NCBI RefSeq assembly: GCF_024521635.1
Contig: NW_026250424.1
Coordinates: forward strand, 620,001 to 676,897
Source of the DNA: Tricharina praecox
Lineage: Eukaryota
Length of the DNA stretch: 56,897 nucleotides
Reading direction: 5' to 3'
Shown piece after piece: positions 50,505-56,897 of this stretch. Positions within the stretch are counted from its first letter, which is position 1. Each line of letters begins with the position of its first letter. The position numbers were made by a program, and so were the translations under genes. Below the pieces are notes generated by a model. The model was not told where the DNA came from and did no database searches. It saw nothing but the letters and a program-made list of their open reading frames with translations.

Positions 50505-53500
50505 ATGGACAGTGACGAAGACTTCGGCAGCGATATCGACGATTCCGAATTTATAGCCGCCGCCACACAAGCCGAACAAGAGTTCAGTTCCAATGCGAAC
50601 CGCACCATAAGCAATGGGGGCGACCTCCTGCCACCCGATGACTTCATCGACGACGCCGATATCGAGATGAACGACTTCATGTCGTTCTCGCAAGCTCCCA
50701 TACCTCCACGAGGAAACCTACGACAAACAACACTTTTCGGGGCCTCGGTGGTGGAGGCGAGTTCACCCCAGCAGCAGAAGCAGAAGCAGAAGCAGCAGCA
50801 GCAGCAGCAGCGACCGAGAGCGAATTGGCCACTGTCAAATCAGGAAGAAAAGCCCACACACCACAAGATCGACCGCGAAGCTGCAAAGACGTGGATCTAC
50901 CCAATCAATGTTTCGTACCGCGACTACCAGTACAATATAGTGCGCCGTGCACTGCTATCAAATGTACTATGTGCTCTCCCCACAGGTGTGTACGGACGCG
51001 CGGTGCCTTCTCCGTTGAAGGCCTCCCACTGAATTATGTGCTGCGTAGGTCTGGGTAAGACATTCATCGCGGCCACGGTCATGCTCAATTGGTTCCGATG
51101 GGCCCCCGAAGGACAAATTGCCTTCCTGGCGCCCACCAAACCACTCGTTCACCAACAGATCGAGGCTTGCTTCACTATCGCCGGAATACCACGGAGTCAA
51201 ACAGCAACGATGACGGGCGGTGTGCCGAAAGCGCTACGGCAAGAATACTGGGAGGAACGGAGGGTATTCTTTACGACACCACAGACGATGCAGAATGATA
51301 TTAAGAACGGACTTTGCGATCCGAAAAGAATCATATGTCTGGTGGTTGACGAGGCTCATCGGACCACTGGTGCGTACGCGTACGGAGAAGTCGTGAAGCT
51401 CGTACGGAGGGAAAATACCAGCTTCCGTTTGCTTGCCCTTACAGCGACGCCTGGCTCCACCGTGGAGGCTGTCCAGGGTGTCATCGACGGTTTGGGTATA
51501 TCCAGGGTAGAAATCCGGACCGATGAATCCCTCGATATCCGGCAGTATATCCAAAGGCGGAACCTTGAGGTTCAGACATTCTCCATGCCACCGGAAATGG
51601 TCGAGCTGAGGGACTTGTACTGCAAATGTTTGGAGCCGCAATTGAAAAAGCTGAACGCTGGTAAAGCATTTTATCAAACCAGAGCCGAAAACCTCACGCC
51701 CTTCGGTGTAATATCAGCGATGGGAGAATGGAGGAATTCTGCACAGGCTCGGAACATGAACAAGGGCTACTTCTTCGGTTTGATGAAGCTCTTCAAGAAT
51801 CTGGCCAGTCTTGCGCATCCACTCGGTCTCTTGGAGACGCACGGCGTTCGCCTTTTCTACGACAAGCTGATCAATGCGCGGGAAGATGAGACCGACGAAG
51901 AAGTGACCAAGTCTGCTGTGAACTCGATCCGCAAGGAAAAACCCTTCACACAGGTTCTTGAGCGAGCAGCACAAATCGTAGCCGATCCCAACTTTTCCGG
52001 TCATCCAAAGGTCGACTTCATGGTCAATGCGATTCTGAAGCATTTCTCTGAAGCCGAAGATGAAGATACAAAAAGAGAGACCAGAATCATGGTGTTTACG
52101 AGTTTCAGAGATAGCGCAGAAGAGGTGACGCGAATGCTCCGGAGACACGAACCCTTAATCCGCCCGCATGTTTTTGTGGGGCAGGCCAATTCTGGGAAGA
52201 ATTCGGCTGGTATGTCACAGAAACAACAGCTTGATGTATACTGTCTGGTCCTAAGACTGCCACTTTTGCTGACGACTGCTCCTAGATCATCTCCAAGTTC
52301 TCTGACGGAACATACAATACTCTAGTCTCGACTAGTATTGGAGAGGAAGGACTGGATATTGGAGAGGTTGACTTGATTGTGTGCTACGACACTTCAGCAT
52401 CACCCATCCGACTTGTAAGCCCCATTTCTATGTTGACGATGGACATTGCTGATTACTCTTCCAGTTGCAACGTATGGGCCGAACAGGTCGTAAACGGGTA
52501 GGCTCCGTTCTGGTTCTTCTCAGTGAAGGACGCGAACACGACAAATACAAAAGAGCTCTGGACAACTACGCAGTGATGCAAAAGAAGATTGCGTCAGGAG
52601 CCGACTTTTCGTTCCCCCACGAGCTGTCTCCTCGCATCATCCCGAAAGATATCGACCCTCAACCAGACAAAAAACACATCGAAATACCAGTCGAAAACAC
52701 GCAACCGGAACCAGACAAACGGAAACCCAGGACAAAAAAGAAGGCGCCAATCAAAAAGTTCTTCATGCCCGAAGGTGTCCAGACTGGCTTTACCAAAGCG
52801 TCGCGGATAGGAAAGGAGCATGTTCTGTCCACCGATTCGTCCGGTGGTGAATCGGAAAACGCAGCCCGGGCAAGCGGAGCTCCGGGTGGGACGAACGAAG
52901 AGCCATTAGCCCCTTTACTCGACGATTACGCTGCTCTACTCACAGAGGCAGAACAGCTGGAGCTGCACCGACACTATATCCAGGATTTCTCGGGTCAGGA
53001 TACCGTGATCGTCGAGCACCCGCGTCTAGACAAATTCCCAGAAACACAGAGAAACCTGGGGCCGATAAAACATGTGCCCCATAGTGTGGTCACAAAACGC
53101 TTTGTTAATATGATTGGTTGCATGCGAGCAATCGACGACGCCAGACTGGAGCGTTTCCAGAGTACCCTCGACCGGGATCTCCTCAAGAGCCCCAAGAAAA
53201 CGTTGGCGTTCAAGCCCGTAAGACCAGCGGCAAAACCCCCGGCAAAACCCCTACTGGCCCAACGAAAACTACCTGTTAAGTTGAAGGAGAAGAGGGGGGC
53301 ACGGAATGACACTGACGATGGCGACGACGATGATGTGGAAATTATATCACCACCACCACCGCCACCAAAAGCTCGCACACGAGGCAAGCTGGTGAAGCTG
53401 GCAGCTCCTCCCCTCGTATCGAGTGGCGACGACGAGGACGTTGTCGTGACGTCGAAACGGAAACGGCAGAAGGTTTCCACTGCCGGCTCGGACTCGGACT

Positions 53501-53571
53501 CGAGTCTTCCCGACGCTGCAGACTTGCTGAATAGTTTTCGGTGGGCTGGGAGCGGACAGAAGACGATGTAG
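50505..53571 (+). CDS. MPH1: FANCM-family DEAH DNA helicase Mph1, 4 exons
   Basis: [65 protein letters not shown]. Confidence 0.95.
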
Positions 53572-54881
53572 CTTGGAGAGCGGAGAGCGTGGGGCGGGCA
53601 GATCCAGGTGTCCGTTTGGCTAGAGATGTAATCTTGTCTATCATACAACGAGGTGTTTGGCGTGGTTCATTCTCTTATAAGTTTTGGCAGGAATGGGCTT
53701 CCTTTGCTTTGCTCCTCTGGGGTTAATGTATAAGTATAATAGCAAAAAATGGGGTGCGATTGCTACCAGCGGAGAACGTATATCAGTGTGAATACCGGGT
53801 TAACATGGTAATTCGGCAGAGAATAAGTAGGCCTACTGGAGCAAACGTCTACGACATCGGGTTAACCGTTAACACGAGCTTTTGGTGTATACCTATTGGA
53901 TTACTCTGGCAGCAGTCGGATGCTGCGTTTTGTTACAGAACCTACACACTTGAATGAGACTATATAAGCACATAATTACTTAGACTATGCTATTATACAC
54001 AACATCTCGAATGATGTTATCGTGGTCAGTGTGAAGCAGACGGATATCGAGAGAGTGTGCGTGTGTATGCAGGTTATCCGATGACTTCACGTTGGTCGTT
54101 ATGTGCTTTTCAGTGCATATCCGGACATGAATCGGAGAGCCAGAGATGCCGCCCTAAAATCTGGAGAGAACTTCCTTCCCTTCACGATCTGTACACTGCC
54201 CGAATCCAGCTTCCATCCGACATTTCAATTCTGCAGGCGTTCCGGACCATACGGGCACGACAGAACTCATTGTTTAGGCGAGCAGCGGGCATTGTAATAT
54301 ATGTACTACTTATAGTAATAGTTAGTCCGTTGCTCTCAATAGAATACCTACCATTGTGGGGTTGGGTCGTCTCAGCTCGCAGCGCAATCTGTAGTTATTA
54401 CATACCGGTACATATACTCTGCATAGTGTAGCGCCAACCAAAGAACCGCCCTGTGCAGATCAACCACATGGAACTCCCCAAAAGCGCACGATTACATAAC
54501 CTCCTCACCGTCGATTATGTAACTCTATGTATGCACTCTGGCGACGTCAACACTAACTAACGACGAACTCTAGGTCGTCCGCCTGCCTGCCTGCGCTGCC
54601 GACGTTCTAAAGCCGAAGAACGACCTCCCCACAACCCATACGAACCACGCGCAGATCCCCCGGACTCGGGCTGAAGCACAAACAGGGTTGATGATTCGCT
54701 GTAACGCGGCGCCTGTGATTCCTGTTCCCCCATCCCCTCCCATCCTTCAATCACCAGCGCCGCCAACACAGCATCGGTTGTTGTCCCGTGAGACGGTGCT
54801 TGCTTGAATTGACGACAGCGATAACTACCTCGCACACTACACTACACACGCTCGAAACCGGCTCTCCTAGATACATCCAAG

Positions 54882-56191
54882 ATGCGCCACGACCCCCGCA
54901 TCCGCCAAACATCGACCATTTCTCGACCTCGCTTGAGTCCGCCGTCGAAAATGCGCGCACCGGCTGCTCACCTTCACAAGTCATACCTCGAGCCTTGTTT
55001 TCTCCTCCCTGATAGATTGCTGTACCAACCTGCGTTCCGCAAGCAAAAACCACCATCACCACCACCACCACCATCACCACCGCCACCGCGCGCCGCAGCG
55101 CAGCGAGTTTTCCATTCGCATTCTACGACTATGACGACTACGACAGCGACTCCGATGAGCGTGCGTCGCGCGGGTTCCTAGCATGGGGGACCGACGAGCT
55201 TGACCGCCTGCTGGCTGGGAGCGGGAGTCAATCGCCGACGACGAGGAACGAGAGGATGTTCTACGGCGCTGTGAACGATGCGTCCGGTCCTAGCGGCCTG
55301 CTGAGGAAGAGCACGCACCCCGGCGGTGTGGGCCCGGACCCGACGGTGATTCCTGGGACCAACATGTTTGGGTTTCTTTCCTCGTTTGGGTTCCGCGGCA
55401 AGGGAATGCGGTATAAGCCGTCGGCGGCGAATCTGCAGGAGCATCCGCAGCGCAGCACGGCGGATATGACCTATACGCGCGGCCATGGGAGACAGAGGAG
55501 TGGGACGGAGTCGAGTTTGGCGAGTCAGGGCGATAGTTTGAGGAGTCGCATGGATCTGTGGCCGAGTGAGGATGAGGACGATGCCGTCGTTATCGGCGAT
55601 GATGCGTTTCCGAGGAGTAGCGATGGGGAGAGTACGCATGCTATGGGATTGGGCATTGGCACCGACGACGATGACGGTGTGAGGTATGAAGATCTACTGA
55701 TAGATGACGGGGATGCACGGCGGCGGATGTGGAGACACGCGAAACGACTCACCATGCAACGGGGGCTGAGTTCAGATAGCATGGTACGTTCACCGTCTTC
55801 CCATCCTCCAATATATCTTCCAACAACTAACCATCCACAGGAAGAAAGCAAAGCCAGAAGCACCTATAACCAAGGCTCCAGCAGTGCGCCACCCACAATA
55901 CTAGCCACCAGTCCTCCCGGCAGCATCAGATCCTATGAAGCCATGAGCATCCAACAGCGATCGTTATCGCCACTGAGTGCGGGGGCACTGCGAAAAGAAA
56001 TGGATAACGAGACGCCCAGGGCGCACCTGCAGATGAGGCAGGTATCAGCACCTTCACCCATCCATACCCCGTCGTCACCACGACCTCCATCGGAATGTGC
56101 CAGTGATTCCACGCCGAGGGCTTCTGCGTCGGGGATCTTGATGGTTCCGCCGTCGCCGTCATTTTCACAAGCGGATCCTGATGACGAATAG
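54882..56191 (+). CDS. Fungal hypothetical protein; 5' part broken by several frameshifts; probable in-frame intron near 55783-55840
   Basis: HDPRIRQ, STSLESA, SYLEPCF, FYDYDD, WGTDELDRLLAGSG, DPTVIP, MRYKPSAANLQEHP lie in shifting frames upstream of and within ORF 55256-56191. Confidence 0.6.
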
Positions 56192-56897
56192 GATATGGCA
56201 AGTGTTGAGTAAAGTTTTCTTTTCTTTTTGTTTTCTTTCGGGAATTTGTGGCGTAACGCATCGTTGTTGTGTGTTGTTCGGGGTGGAGAGTTGGATGGGG
56301 GATTTGCTTTGCTTTGCTTTCGTGGTATTGATATAAAAGTGGGTTTACCAGATCAGGTAATGGGTGGGCAGGGACGGAGTGTAAATTGGGTTATTGGGAG
56401 GGTATCCGGTCACAAATGCGATGGTCCTCTCACTTATGTGCGAATTTGAAGTGATCGGTAATGCGATGAGTGATAGATGCTGAATTCTCAACCAGAACCC
56501 TAGTTCCCGTCTTGGATGCAGCTGCTCTATTCGCGCTCGGTTCATGGTTAAGACGGCTCGTCCTCGGCGTGGGTAGATCCACCCAACATAAAGAGAACCT
56601 TCTACGTGAACAACTTTGACATCAAAGAAGTAGAGTGATTGTGCGACGATTCGCACTAACCACCTAACTAATTCTGGTGGGGCACAACCAAATGTCGAAC
56701 CAGGATCTGTGATCGCATGTATCTAGGTGACACGTGACACGTGACGGACGCGTCGCCAAGAACGACTTAGAGCCTTGGCTTTTGTGCCTTCACGTTGTCC
56801 TGGAAAGCGCCTGTCAAAACAAAAAGCAGCAATCCACAACGTCCACGCCCTCCATGGCCTCAGCAGACACCACCACGCACATGTCGACCAACTCACT

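Noticed and set aside
56854..56897. Possible start of the next gene (MASADTTTHMSTNS) with upstream GACACGT repeats
   Set aside because: Truncated by the window edge; too short to support

Overview
Eukaryotic, intron-rich genomic DNA from a filamentous ascomycete; short GT-AG introns, CTRAC branch points and gene style suggest Pezizomycotina, possibly Pezizales (inference). Most of the window is housekeeping genes: fumarate reductase-cytochrome b5 (OSM1/FRD1-like), PDI-family MPD1, CDK7/KIN28, RPL12, LEU4, DUS2/SMM1, SEN54, GH76 DCW1/DFG5, SEC7, NOP14, LCL3 nuclease, ADK2/AK3, calnexin, tRNA-Ser(AGA), MDE1 and MPH1/FANCM. The most notable accessory sequence, mostly missed by the ORF track: (1) a locus at about 47.0-48.4 kb joining an array of about 14 SUMO-consensus (psi-K-x-E) acidic repeats to a spliced RAMA-like domain, interrupted by two stops and a frame break; (2) a 639-bp TIR element flanked by TTAA with AG...CT termini (Kolobok-like MITE); (3) an intact spliced gene encoding a Tc1/mariner-type HTH plus GRPRK motif with no catalytic domain; (4) two spliced orphan small-protein genes. 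All family calls come from motif recognition by eye; no database searches were run.
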